NCBI GenBank assembly: GCA_026394775.1
Contig: JAPLZY010000008.1
Location: 1-51,366, forward strand
DNA length: 51,366 nt
Direction: 5' to 3'
Source: Candidatus Zambryskiibacteriota bacterium
GTDB lineage: Bacteria; Patescibacteriota; Minisyncoccia; Phycocordibacterales; DATDWN01
A program made the translations under genes and the position numbers. The notes beneath the pieces are model-generated. The model saw nothing but the letters and a program-made list of their open reading frames with translations, ran no database searches and had not been told where the DNA came from. This document shows positions 1 to 8,842 of this stretch, piece by piece; position 1 is the stretch's first letter, and every line of letters starts with the position of its first letter.

Positions 1-75
1 GGTAACTGGTCTATCGTAGAGAGATACGTCAAGAACCAAGGGAAACACAATGAAAAGACGCTTACATTGTGGTAA
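1..75 (+). CDS. 3' end of an unidentified gene entering from upstream of the window (...GNWSIVERYVKNQGKHNEKTLTLW, stop TAA 73-75)
   Basis: Frame 1 is open from base 1 to TAA 73-75. A GC-rich hairpin follows at 108-131. Too short to identify. Confidence 0.35.
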   Translation, partial: GNWSIVERYVKNQGKHNEKTLTLW

Positions 76-107
76 CATTGAAATACAAGTGGCATGAGGC
101 ATGCAAT

Positions 108-131
108 ACCCTGCGGTCTCTGCCGCAGGGT
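108..131 (+). terminator. hairpin ACCCTGCGG-tctctg-CCGCAGGGT followed by TGTTTATT
   Basis: Perfect 9-bp GC-rich stem read directly, with a weak T-rich tail. It lies 33 nt after the stop at 73-75. Confidence 0.45.
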
Positions 132-164
132 TGTTTATTAAGTAGGTCAGTGCTCGATGAGGAC

Positions 165-389
165 ATGATGTATGACGATAAGGGCTTTGTCTTAATACGC
201 TTGTATGGCTGGTCCCTTCCACTGATTGAAGAACTTCGCAATACCGTTGACCGTCGTGCGTTCGCCAATGTTCGGGCACTTGCTTTACGATGGAATAAGA
301 TCTATCTGATGGAACAATCAAGGCTTTCCCAGTTAGATGCGTCGGAGGCGAAGGCACACGCTTTACCTAAGCGCGGATCTTATAACTAG
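165..389 (+). CDS. hypothetical small protein (74 aa from ATG 165)
   Basis: Track ORF 69..389 begins at a GTG that overlaps the end of the upstream gene, and it spans the hairpin at 108-131. ATG 165 or 168 after GAGGA is the more plausible start. It ends 10 nt before the methyltransferase start. No recognisable motifs. Confidence 0.25.
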   Translation: MMYDDKGFVLIRLYGWSLPLIEELRNTVDRRAFANVRALALRWNKIYLMEQSRLSQLDASEAKAHALPKRGSYN

Positions 390-399
390 ATTGCATGTT

Positions 400-1125
400 A
401 TGATTAATCGAAGCGGTATGATTCAGAAAACTATTGTCGAGTATAATAATGAACTATCGAGGATTTACGATGAGGTAACAAGTCCAGATGGTTCGTGGAC
501 TGCACCAAGTGAGTGTTTTCGTCTAATACGCCCTCATCTTAATGGCGACATGACAGTGCTTGATCTTGGTATAGGAACGGGTCTTGTTTCAACTAAGATT
601 GCGGAATACGGGTGCAAACTTATTGGGATCGACGCCGCGCCTGAAATGTTGAGTCAAGCAAGGCGGAAACTACCTTCCGCTCTTTTGCTCTGTGCCAACA
701 TTGAGGAACCGTGGCCACTGTCGAAACACACTCACATTGATATGATTGTCGCTGTTGGAGTTCTGGAGTTTGTTCCAAGTCTGGCCAAGGTTTTTATAAC
801 TTCAGGCAAGCATCTTAAGTTAGGTGGGTTGATCTGCTTTACCTACGAAGAACTGCTTCCAAATAGTCCGTTGCAACGACTTCGCCGGTCCCCACGAGGA
901 GCGTTGCTGTATAAGAAAGTGCCTCGACGCTTATCCTTTCCGGTCTTTAGACAGACTTTTGTGGAGGTGAAGCAGGAATTAGAGTTGGCCCACTTTACAA
1001 TTCTTCATCATCATAAGTTTGTCGCATACCACCTAAGAAGAAGTTCGGACAATTGTGTTTTTGATGTAACATATAGAATCGTGCTTGCACAGAGAGTTGG
1101 CCCATCGAACGACAGGGAAGTTTGA
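400..1125 (+). CDS. class I SAM-dependent methyltransferase
   Basis: VLDLGIGTGLVS glycine-rich SAM-binding motif I, followed by LIGIDAAPEML. The in-frame ATG at 400 (MINRSG...) is preferred over the track start 337, which would overlap the upstream ORF. By eye this gene is more GC-rich than the rest of the window. Confidence 0.8.
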   Translation: MINRSGMIQKTIVEYNNELSRIYDEVTSPDGSWTAPSECFRLIRPHLNGDMTVLDLGIGTGLVSTKIAEYGCKLIGIDAAPEMLSQARRKLPSALLLCANIEEPWPLSKHTHIDMIVAVGVLEFVPSLAKVFITSGKHLKLGGLICFTYEELLPNSPLQRLRRSPRGALLYKKVPRRLSFPVFRQTFVEVKQELELAHFTILHHHKFVAYHLRRSSDNCVFDVTYRIVLAQRVGPSNDREV

Positions 1126-1495
1126 TTAGAGAGTATCGCTGAATTTTTATCGATTGTGTTTTGACGGTTCCAACTCCGCTCCTACCGTCTCCCATTATTT
1201 TTTTCTTGGAACAATCCTAAAACTTCATCAGAAAGCTCCTCGCGACCACTCTCGATCTCAGAAAACCCTTGTAGTTCCAACAAAAGTTGGTTCCAAGAAG
1301 AGGGGTGAAGGGGCACAAGAAATCGCCGGAAGGCGATTTTTGTGTCCAGGAAGAAAATCTCTGTTAGAGATTTTCGTGAGGATTTGAAAAGCTGAGCGGG
1401 CACCCAGTCAGCAGACTGGGTCGCGAGCTGCGGACACGACTAAAATTTTCGACGGAAAATTTTAAGTTGCGGACTAGTCCTCTCCCGTGCACAAG

Positions 1496-1519
1496 AAAAA
1501 CCCCTTAAAGCGGTTTTTT
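1496..1519 (-). terminator. intrinsic terminator of the M16 peptidase gene
   Basis: On the minus strand it reads AAAAAACCGC-tttaa-GGGGTTTTT followed by CTT. It sits immediately after the stop at 1525. Confidence 0.6.
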
Positions 1520-1524
1520 CTTCC

Positions 1525-2865
1525 CTAATCCTTCCTCGAAGGCAATACCACCTCAGTCACTATATATTTTTTATCAAATAAATAGACCCCTGCATTTTGC
1601 ATCTCTTCAAATGTCATCGTTTCTCGGTTTGAAAGCGCTTCACTTAAGGTCTTGATTTTCTGTATCCGTACAAGTTCACTTGTGGCAGTTTGAGCAATAT
1701 CATCTGAATCATGTTCTTGTGCTCGCAGTTGTTCCAGGTTTGTTTTCTTCACCTGCTCAAATCGATTTTTATAGTTTTCTGTGTGGAGAATTGTATGTAT
1801 TTCCGCATCAATAGTTTCCTTCACTACATTGAGATGTTCTTCGGAAGTTTTAATATCAATACCAAAGTTTATATAATCAGAGCTTCTTCGAGTTGAAACG
1901 TGCACACCGTAACACAAGGCTTTCTCGTCACGGAGTCTTTCGTGCAGAATGTCTTGGAGTAATGCCCCAAATGCTTTTTCGTGTTCTCGTTTAAATAACG
2001 GCAAGTCTTTGAGTGCAGAAATACTAATTTCGACTTGTTCTTTAATAAGTCCGATTTCGTCAGCAATTTTTGTGATTTCAGTCAAAAGGGGAGTAGGTAT
2101 ATTTTCTAGTAAAGGAGGTTTTTGTGCTGCAACAGGTGTATCGCTGAATATCTTTTTAAAGAGTTGAATTGAGGTATCGTCAATGTTTCCTGTGATAACA
2201 ATATTCATGTTGTCTGTATGATAGTTGTCTTTGTGCCATGTACGTATATCTTGAGCGCTAATTAAAGCTACAGTTTCAGGCCACCCAAGTGCACTTGAGA
2301 CACGGGAAAGTGAATGACCAGGAAATACTTTGCCCGTAAATTCTCGAATATACGCAAGGAGTTTTTCATTTTGAAAATATCCCCACGCTTCTTGAGTGAT
2401 TACTTTTCTTTCATGTTCCACGTCTTCATCTCGAAGAAGAGGAAAGAAAACCTGCTCTTTCATGAGAGTGAGTACTCTCTTAAGTTTTTCAGGAAGGCAC
2501 TTGAGGTGGTATGCGGTGTTGTAATGACTTGTGTATGCATTCCAGCTTCCTAAGGTTTCGGTCTTTCTCCACTCATGAGTTGCTTTACGGTCAGGAAGTG
2601 ATGGTGAACCGTCAAAAATCATGTGTTCAAGAAAGTGAGAAAGACCTTCTTTTCCGACAGGGTCATGGAAAGCTCCTGTGTTAAATGAAATGTATATATG
2701 AATACAGGGTGCCCACGGTAGGTTTTTGTAGTAAATAGGAACTGAGCCCACTTCAGTTTTTGAAAAGTTGTATGGATCAAATGCAAGTTGGGCTGAAGTA
2801 TTCATGAGTTGAGTATATGCCGAAAGCGTGAGGTCGAGCAAGAGGGTGAGTAAAATATTATCCAC
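1525..2865 (-). CDS. M16 (pitrilysin/insulinase) family zinc peptidase
   Basis: GLSHFLEHMIFDG contains the inverted zinc motif HxxEH. The 446-aa length is typical of the family. Confidence 0.85.
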   Translation of the reverse strand: MDNILLTLLLDLTLSAYTQLMNTSAQLAFDPYNFSKTEVGSVPIYYKNLPWAPCIHIYISFNTGAFHDPVGKEGLSHFLEHMIFDGSPSLPDRKATHEWRKTETLGSWNAYTSHYNTAYHLKCLPEKLKRVLTLMKEQVFFPLLRDEDVEHERKVITQEAWGYFQNEKLLAYIREFTGKVFPGHSLSRVSSALGWPETVALISAQDIRTWHKDNYHTDNMNIVITGNIDDTSIQLFKKIFSDTPVAAQKPPLLENIPTPLLTEITKIADEIGLIKEQVEISISALKDLPLFKREHEKAFGALLQDILHERLRDEKALCYGVHVSTRRSSDYINFGIDIKTSEEHLNVVKETIDAEIHTILHTENYKNRFEQVKKTNLEQLRAQEHDSDDIAQTATSELVRIQKIKTLSEALSNRETMTFEEMQNAGVYLFDKKYIVTEVVLPSRKD

Positions 2866-2911
2866 AAACTTAATTATTTATGTCACATAAAAGAAGTGAT
2901 AAAATTAATTA

Positions 2912-3421
2912 ATGGCAATGGTAACTTGTGAATTTTGTAATAAAGAGTTTAAAAAGAAAGATTCTCAAATAAATTTGAGTTCGAGAAATTTTTGTTCAAA
3001 ATCTTGTTGTCAGCAGGGTAATAAAAAAGGAAAGATTGTTGAGTGCTTTACTTGTAAGACTAACATCTATAAGTCTTTAAAAGATATAAATAGCTCAAAG
3101 AGTAAAAACTATTTTTGTAGCCGGATTTGTTCAAGTGTTTGGATTGGAAAAGAACATCGAGGATCAAATCATCCAAACTGGACTACAGGGTAAAGCTCTT
3201 ACAAAACTTCCATGAAGAGAGAGGGTTTATTGCAGAAATGTTTTTTATGCGAAGAGAAGGATGAGAGAGTGCTTGCTGTTCACCATATTGATGAAAATAG
3301 AAAAAATAATAATATAAAGAACTTAATTGGCCTTTGTCATAATTGTCATTTTCTTATTCATCATCATAAAGATGAAATAAATAAGTTTAGTTTCAAACTT
3401 AAAAAATATGCCATCAGTTAA
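2912..3421 (+). pseudogene. HNH endonuclease paralog interrupted by one in-frame TAA (3191-3193)
   Basis: Track ORFs 2912..3193 and 3212..3421 share one frame and are separated only by that TAA. Joined, they are colinear with the downstream paralog: CxxC/CxxC zinc-ribbon pairs, then WTTG*SSYK against WKGGVSTYR, then LAVHHIDENRKNNNIKNLIGLCHNCH. Confidence 0.6.
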
Positions 3422-3911
3422 ATGCAAAATTTGTAATTCTGATTTTTACCCACGACCTTCCAATGTAAGGAATGGGTGGGGTATATACTGCTCCTTGGAT
3501 TGTAAATATATTGGTGCACAGGTCAAAACACAACTAAATTGCTCAGTGTGTGGAATAGTGGTTTTTAAAACGCAGACTCAGGTGAAGAGGTCAAAAAGTG
3601 GGGAGTATTTTTGTGGTAAGTTCTGTCAAACTAAATGGAGAAATGTAGAATTTAGTGGAGAAAAGCATGCAGGTTGGAAAGGTGGTGTTTCAACATATCG
3701 AGATATTTTGCTAGAAAACAAAAAAATACCCGAATGTGGTATCTGTAAAAGAAAAGACTTTAGAATTCTTGCTGTGCATCATGTCGATGAAAATCACGCA
3801 AATAATAATATAGAGAATTTGGTATGGCTTTGCCACAATTGCCATTACCTGGTACATCATGATAATGTAGAAAAGCAGAAGTTTTTAAGGTGGCGACCGA
3901 AGACTTCTTAG
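3408..3911 (+). CDS. HNH endonuclease with N-terminal zinc-ribbon repeats
   Basis: ILAVHHVDENHANNNIENLVWLCHNCHYLVHH is an HNH motif. Two CxxC...CxxxC modules lie upstream of it. The start overlaps the end of the broken paralog by 14 nt. Confidence 0.8.
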   Translation: MPSVKCKICNSDFYPRPSNVRNGWGIYCSLDCKYIGAQVKTQLNCSVCGIVVFKTQTQVKRSKSGEYFCGKFCQTKWRNVEFSGEKHAGWKGGVSTYRDILLENKKIPECGICKRKDFRILAVHHVDENHANNNIENLVWLCHNCHYLVHHDNVEKQKFLRWRPKTS

Positions 3912-3914
3912 TAT

Positions 3915-3990
3915 GGTGGCCATCGTTCAACGGCCAGGACTTTGCTTTGTGGAAGCAAAAATGAGGGTTCGATTCCCTCTGGTCACCCCA
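3915..3990 (+). tRNA. tRNA-His (anticodon GTG) with encoded G-1 and CCA
   Basis: Cloverleaf folded by hand. Acceptor stem GTGGCCA/TGGTCAC (one G-U pair). D arm GTTC...GGAC. Anticodon arm TTGCT-ttGTGga-AGCAA. T arm GAGGG-TTCGATT-CCCTC. An extra 5' G at 3915 opposes discriminator C, and CCA is at 3988-3990. Confidence 0.9.
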
Positions 3991-4025
3991 CACAACATAA
4001 AATAAGTTATGTCAAATACTAAAAA

Positions 4026-4049
4026 ATCCCTACTACATAGGGATTTTTT
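4026..4049 (+). terminator. intrinsic terminator after tRNA-His
   Basis: ATCCCTA-ctaca-TAGGGAT followed by TTTTT. Confidence 0.6.
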
Positions 4050-4075
4050 AGTTCTATCTTGATATACTTTTAGTT

Positions 4076-5026
4076 ATGGAGGAAAATATCAAAAAATACT
4101 TTAATAAACAGGGGTTGGGAGGAGTGTTGAAAATAGAAGAATTAGCGGATGGAAGTAGCAACAATCATTTAAACTATAAAATCAAGACTGCTCAAGGTGT
4201 GTTTGTTGCTCGAATAAAAAAATCGGGTGATTTATTAAGTTACTCAAATTTGGCAGACGAATACACAATACTTAAATTGATAGAGAAATATAACATTGGA
4301 CCAAAAGTTTTTCGTGTAGATTTGGAGAATTTTAATACACCTATTTTGATTGAGGAATTTATTGAGGGTAAAATGTTTACTGATGTTCAGGATGCTTCTG
4401 AAGAAATGTTTGAAAAGAGTCTCAATGTGCTGGTAGAAACGAGTAAAATAAATATTGGTTTCGACGAATTTCCTTTTAAGTCTACTTATCAGACATATCA
4501 AGTGCACTCTAAAGTGTGGGCAATGTGTTTAGATGACATTGAAAAATCCTTGGGCTCTGATTATTTTATTATTAATAAATTTAAAGCCGTAATTAAATCA
4601 GCTCAAGATATTCTGGAGAAGAAAGAGGGTTTGCTTGAGGCTGTCCCTAAAGAGTTTATTTATAATGATATTCATCCTGGAAATATTTTCTGGGTGCCTG
4701 CAGAAAATAGAATAAAATTTATTGATTGGCAGAAGGTAAGTTTGGGTGATCCTGTGTTTATGGTTGCTCTATTTGCAAGACGTTTCGGTCATTTGTGGAA
4801 AATGGAAAGCAAAGAATTTGCTGCTAAAGTACTTAATTTCTATAAAAGTAAAAAAGAGATTGAAAATATTGAAGAGTTATTTTTTGCCCGCATATTGGAA
4901 CGAGCAGTATCCGATATGATATGGAGTGTTTGGGCAGATATAAAGAGAGGGGTTCCAATAAAAATTACTAATATTGATGAAAATAAATATTTTAGTGAAG
5001 TAAAAGAGTTGATCTTGGAAATGTAA
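4076..5026 (+). CDS. aminoglycoside/choline-kinase-type phosphotransferase (APH family)
   Basis: YNDIHPGNIFW catalytic loop and FIDWQKVSLGDP (the IDW..GDP motif) of the APH/ChoK kinase fold. Confidence 0.75.
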   Translation: MEENIKKYFNKQGLGGVLKIEELADGSSNNHLNYKIKTAQGVFVARIKKSGDLLSYSNLADEYTILKLIEKYNIGPKVFRVDLENFNTPILIEEFIEGKMFTDVQDASEEMFEKSLNVLVETSKINIGFDEFPFKSTYQTYQVHSKVWAMCLDDIEKSLGSDYFIINKFKAVIKSAQDILEKKEGLLEAVPKEFIYNDIHPGNIFWVPAENRIKFIDWQKVSLGDPVFMVALFARRFGHLWKMESKEFAAKVLNFYKSKKEIENIEELFFARILERAVSDMIWSVWADIKRGVPIKITNIDENKYFSEVKELILEM

Positions 5027-5027
5027 T

Positions 5028-5378
5028 TTATTTCCCCAACTCCTTCCCATACCGCTCCATCTCCTTTACTAGGGTTTTTAGGCCGCTTCCTTTTTTGGTG
5101 AGCGAATACTCCACTCGGGGAGGGCGTTCGTTGAACTCAGTGCGAACAATAATTTCCTGTTCCTCAAGATATTTGAGTTTTTTTGTGATAGTGCGCGAGC
5201 TGATACCGCTTAAAGATTCCGTTAGTTCACCAAATCGACGAGGTTTTTTGAGGAGGTCTCGGATAATAAGTAGTGTGCACGAGTCACCGACAAGGTCGGC
5301 CACTTTGGCGATAGGGCAGGTGGTGCAGAGATGTGTGCGCTGGGATTCTGTTTTTAACATATACACAGTATATAACAC
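5028..5378 (-). CDS. HxlR-family winged-helix transcriptional regulator
   Basis: CPIAKVADLVGDSCTLLIIRDLLKKPRRFGEL...PPRVEYSLTKKG is the typical HxlR signature. The track start is a GTG. The in-frame ATG at 5360 is an alternative start. Confidence 0.8.
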   Translation of the reverse strand: MLYTVYMLKTESQRTHLCTTCPIAKVADLVGDSCTLLIIRDLLKKPRRFGELTESLSGISSRTITKKLKYLEEQEIIVRTEFNERPPRVEYSLTKKGSGLKTLVKEMERYGKELGK

Positions 5379-5396
5379 TTTACTTTGTAAAGTAAA
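5379..5396. promoter_or_regulatory. candidate HxlR operator, inverted repeat TTTACTTT-gt-AAAGTAAA
   Basis: 8-bp perfect inverted repeat read in the divergent hxlR / FMN-reductase intergenic region. Confidence 0.35.
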
Positions 5397-5435
5397 AGAC
5401 TTACAATAATAATATTAATCATAAAAAATAAAACT

Positions 5436-5969
5436 ATGAAAAAAATTCTTGCCATTTCAGGAAGTCTTCGAGAAAAGTCTTTCAATACAGGACTCACTAA
5501 AGCGTTACATGCACTTGTGTCAGAAGGGGTGACAGTAGAGCATGCGGTAATATCATCTTTGCCATTTTTTAATCAAGATATCGAGTCTGCGTTTCCAGAG
5601 GAAGCAACTGTTCTTAAGAATCAAATAGAAGCAGCAGATGCAATTGTATTTGCAACTCCTGAGTACAACCGTTCGATTCCTGGGGTACTTAAAAATGCCA
5701 TTGACTGGGCTTCACGACCGTGGGGCAAAAATTCATTTGCAAAGAAACCAGTTCTTATCATGGGTGCATCTGTTGGACCGATCGCTACAGCGGTGGCACA
5801 GCAAGAGCTCAAGAAAATTATGCTCTATCTCGATGCAAAAGTGGTTGGTCAGCCGGAGCTCTATATCGGTACTGCAGGAGATAAATTTAACGAAGCGGGA
5901 GAGCTTACAGACGAAAATACAAAAGAGCATATTAAAAAAGGTCTTGAGGTGCTTGTGTCGTTGGTATAA
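5436..5969 (+). CDS. NAD(P)H-dependent FMN reductase family oxidoreductase
   Basis: ILAISGSLREKSFN at the N-terminus and ATPEYNRSIPGVLKNAIDW match the FMN_red family. It is divergent from an HxlR regulator, which is a common pairing. Confidence 0.8.
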   Translation: MKKILAISGSLREKSFNTGLTKALHALVSEGVTVEHAVISSLPFFNQDIESAFPEEATVLKNQIEAADAIVFATPEYNRSIPGVLKNAIDWASRPWGKNSFAKKPVLIMGASVGPIATAVAQQELKKIMLYLDAKVVGQPELYIGTAGDKFNEAGELTDENTKEHIKKGLEVLVSLV

Positions 5970-6015
5970 GGTGGAAGGTGTATACTAACGAGAGTTACAT
6001 ATAATCTTTACATCT

Positions 6016-6528
6016 ATGAACATTCATCCATTTTTTGTCCATTTTCCAATCGCTCTACTTACACTCTATGGGGTCATGGAGATTGTATGGTCAAAGGTAT
6101 TAAAACGTGAGTTGTGGTGGCTAAATTCAAAGGCTTTACTGCTTACATGCGGAGTACTTGGCGGTTTTGCTGCGCTGCAAACAGGTGAAATAGCAGAGGG
6201 TTTACGTGAAAGAGGGAGTCAGTTGATTGAAACTCATTCTTTTTATGCCACAGTGAGTGTGTGGATATTTGTTGCGTTGTTGGTAGGTTATATTGTGTTC
6301 TATGTAGAAAAATATACAGCAAGTTCAGAAGAACAGAGTTTTATTAAAAAAATCACTACGGTTTTAAAACCTATAGGTAGGTTGATCATGTGGGGAGCCC
6401 CGGTACTTGCCTGTGTGGGTATTATCACACTTATAATTACGGGTGCGCTCGGTGGAGCTATTGTATATGGGCCAGACACAGATCCTATTGTGCACTTTGT
6501 GTACAATGCGTTTGTTGGTTTGCAGTAA
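6016..6528 (+). CDS. DUF2231-type integral membrane protein
   Basis: N-terminal HPFFVHFPIALL motif and four or five hydrophobic spans. Confidence 0.6.
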   Translation: MNIHPFFVHFPIALLTLYGVMEIVWSKVLKRELWWLNSKALLLTCGVLGGFAALQTGEIAEGLRERGSQLIETHSFYATVSVWIFVALLVGYIVFYVEKYTASSEEQSFIKKITTVLKPIGRLIMWGAPVLACVGIITLIITGALGGAIVYGPDTDPIVHFVYNAFVGLQ

Positions 6529-6568
6529 ATTATGTAAAGTAAACTATTAATTTAATTATAATAAAAAC

Positions 6569-7057
6569 ATGTATACACGAGAACAATTTTGGAAATCAGT
6601 TTCAAACGAAGTGCGAATTATCAAACACCTTGCTACTAAGATCCCAGAAGGGCAAGAGAGCTATAAACCTTCAGAGTCTCAGCGAAGCACTCTTGAGTTG
6701 TTGCAATACCTCAGTGCAACAGGAGCATCAACTTTCAAAGTGATGGTAACCGAAGATGCAAAATCTTCCGCGGAGTACATGGCTCTAAGAGAGTCAGTGA
6801 CAATTTCTAATTTCGCAGAAAGAATGGACCTTCAAGAAAAAGATATGAAAGAAATGTTTGAGAAAATGACTGATGAAGATTTTACAAAAGAATTTGATTA
6901 TTATGGAATGCGCACAAAAGCAGAGCATTTGGTAGAAGGTGTACTTAAAACTTTTGCAGCATATCGAATGCAACTTTTCTTGTACGTAAAAGCATGTGGC
7001 GCATATGTGTCGACTATGGATGTGTGGGTTGGTGTAGATACACCGCCGAAGCAGTAA
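6569..7057 (+). CDS. hypothetical protein (helical, possibly DinB-like)
   Basis: A clean ORF with no competing frame. The functional assignment is weak. Confidence 0.5.
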   Translation: MYTREQFWKSVSNEVRIIKHLATKIPEGQESYKPSESQRSTLELLQYLSATGASTFKVMVTEDAKSSAEYMALRESVTISNFAERMDLQEKDMKEMFEKMTDEDFTKEFDYYGMRTKAEHLVEGVLKTFAAYRMQLFLYVKACGAYVSTMDVWVGVDTPPKQ

Positions 7058-7073
7058 AATCACTCTATTAAAT

Positions 7074-8816
7074 ATGAACTTATTGAGAGACTATCTAAAA
7101 AAATATTGGAAACTATGCGTCGGAGTGTTAGTACTTGCTGCTATCAATCAGATTTTTACTCTGATTGATCCGTTGATTTTTCGACATATCATAGACGATT
7201 ACGCTACCAATTACAGTGCTTATACAGTCAATGAATTTTTTCTTGGAGTTTCAAAGCTACTTCTTTTGGGTGTAGGAGCTGCTTTTGTTTCGCGAGTTGC
7301 CAAAAATTTCCAGGATTATTTTCTCAACGAAGTGACTCAAAAAATAGGTGCAGAGCTTTACAGTAGTGGAGTAAAACACTCACTTGCATTACCTTTTGTC
7401 GTATTTGAAGATCAGAGAAGTGGAGAAACTCTTGGAATCTTGCAAAAAGTTCGCAGTGATGTAGAAAAGTTTATTGCATCATCGATCAACATCACCTTTG
7501 TCTCACTCATCGGTTTTATATTTGTCACAGTTTATGCAATAACAATTTATTGGGGTATTGCAGTTGTCTACGCGGCTACCGTTCCTGTTATTGGGGGACT
7601 CAGTTATTTCCTCACTAAAAAAGTAAAAGTGATTCAGCAAGAAATTGTCCGCGAGACAACTGCGCTTGCAGGATCAACTACGGAGTCGCTTCGCAATATT
7701 GAACTTGTAAAAAGCCTTGGACTAGTCGATCAGGAAATCGGGAGATTAAACACTACTACCGAAAAGATTCTTGCTTTGGAGCTCAAAAAGCTCCGTTACC
7801 TTCGCAGTGTAAGTTTTATTCAAGGTACCTGTATTAATTTTCTCCGAACGGCAATACTGTTCTTCATGCTGTATTTGATTTTTATCGGAACGATTACATT
7901 CGGTCAGTTTTTCTCCCTCTTTATCTATTCATTCTTTGTATTTGGCCCACTTCAAGAACTTGGAAATGTACTCAATACATACCGAGAGGTAGAGGTGTCG
8001 CTAAAAAAGTATACTGATATTTTAGATATTCCAGTAGAAGTAGTGCCGGAAAATCCGCATCAGATCAAGTTGCTTGAAAAAATTGCATTTCAAAATGTTA
8101 CCTTTATCTATCCAACGGGGACAGAGCCTGCAGTTTCTGATATATCATTTGAAGCAAAAATAGGTGAGACTATTGCATTTGTTGGTCCATCCGGCTCAGG
8201 TAAAACCAGTCTCGTAAAACTTTTAGCAGGATTGTATCTGCCGAAAGAAGGACAAGTTTTTTATAATGCCATAGGAAACACCAAGGTAGATATGCAAAGC
8301 ATTCGCGAGCAGATCGGCTTTGTCACGCAGGACACTCAATTGTTTGCGGGGACGATTCGTGAAAACTTATTATTTGTAAGTCCTGGAGCATCAGATGAAG
8401 AGTGTCTGGATGCTTTGAGAAAAAGTGCCTGCGATGACTTGCTCCTTCGCGGTGGAAAAGGACTCGATACCCCTATTGGTGAAGGTGGAGTAAAAGTGTC
8501 TGGTGGAGAAAAACAGAGACTTTCAATAGCTCGAGCGCTCCTTCGTAAACCCAAGCTTCTTATTTTTGATGAAGCAACATCTGCACTCGACTCGATTACT
8601 GAAGAAGAGATTACATCTACCATCCGTGATGTGACGGAAAACAGCTCGCACATCACAGTACTGATCGCTCATCGACTTTCTACTGTCATGCATGCCGATC
8701 GGATTTATGTACTAGAAAAGGGAAAAATTATCGAGACAGGTTCACACGATGAGCTCTTACACGAAAAAGGGCTGTATAGTGCAATGTGGAGAGAGCAGAT
8801 AGGGGAAAGACAGTAA
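7074..8816 (+). CDS. ABC exporter, fused permease/ATPase (MsbA-like)
   Basis: N-terminal six-helix transmembrane domain. Walker A GPSGSGKTS, signature VSGGEKQR, Walker B LLIFDEATSALD. Confidence 0.9.
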   Translation: MNLLRDYLKKYWKLCVGVLVLAAINQIFTLIDPLIFRHIIDDYATNYSAYTVNEFFLGVSKLLLLGVGAAFVSRVAKNFQDYFLNEVTQKIGAELYSSGVKHSLALPFVVFEDQRSGETLGILQKVRSDVEKFIASSINITFVSLIGFIFVTVYAITIYWGIAVVYAATVPVIGGLSYFLTKKVKVIQQEIVRETTALAGSTTESLRNIELVKSLGLVDQEIGRLNTTTEKILALELKKLRYLRSVSFIQGTCINFLRTAILFFMLYLIFIGTITFGQFFSLFIYSFFVFGPLQELGNVLNTYREVEVSLKKYTDILDIPVEVVPENPHQIKLLEKIAFQNVTFIYPTGTEPAVSDISFEAKIGETIAFVGPSGSGKTSLVKLLAGLYLPKEGQVFYNAIGNTKVDMQSIREQIGFVTQDTQLFAGTIRENLLFVSPGASDEECLDALRKSACDDLLLRGGKGLDTPIGEGGVKVSGGEKQRLSIARALLRKPKLLIFDEATSALDSITEEEITSTIRDVTENSSHITVLIAHRLSTVMHADRIYVLEKGKIIETGSHDELLHEKGLYSAMWREQIGERQ

Positions 8817-8842
8817 ACAATATGATATGATTTGAGTATCAT

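Noticed and set aside
69-389. 106-aa track ORF starting at GTG 69
   Set aside because: Its 5' end overlaps the last codons of the upstream gene and spans the hairpin at 108-131. Only the part from ATG 165 is kept, as a low-confidence small ORF.
1319-1340. GGAA-tetraloop hairpin as a possible SRP RNA domain IV
   Set aside because: The stem is a perfect 8-bp helix. It lacks the conserved symmetric and asymmetric internal loops that flank the SRP tetraloop, and it looks like a simple terminator-type hairpin.
1466-1492. Minus-strand GGGAGAGGACTAGTCCGC resembling the RNase P RNA GAGGAAAGTCC (CR-I/P4) motif
   Set aside because: The match needs an insertion inside the universally conserved block. 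I could not find the partner ACAGAA...GGCTTA (CR-V) sequence downstream. The 5' portion would overlap the peptidase gene terminator.
3191-3193. In-frame TAA in the HNH paralog as evidence of stop-codon reassignment or an alternative genetic code
   Set aside because: TAA terminates many well-conserved genes in this window at the expected position, for example rplK, recA, recO and the RT. Conserved genes show no in-frame TGA either, so code 25 is excluded. A nonsense mutation or pseudogene is the simpler explanation.
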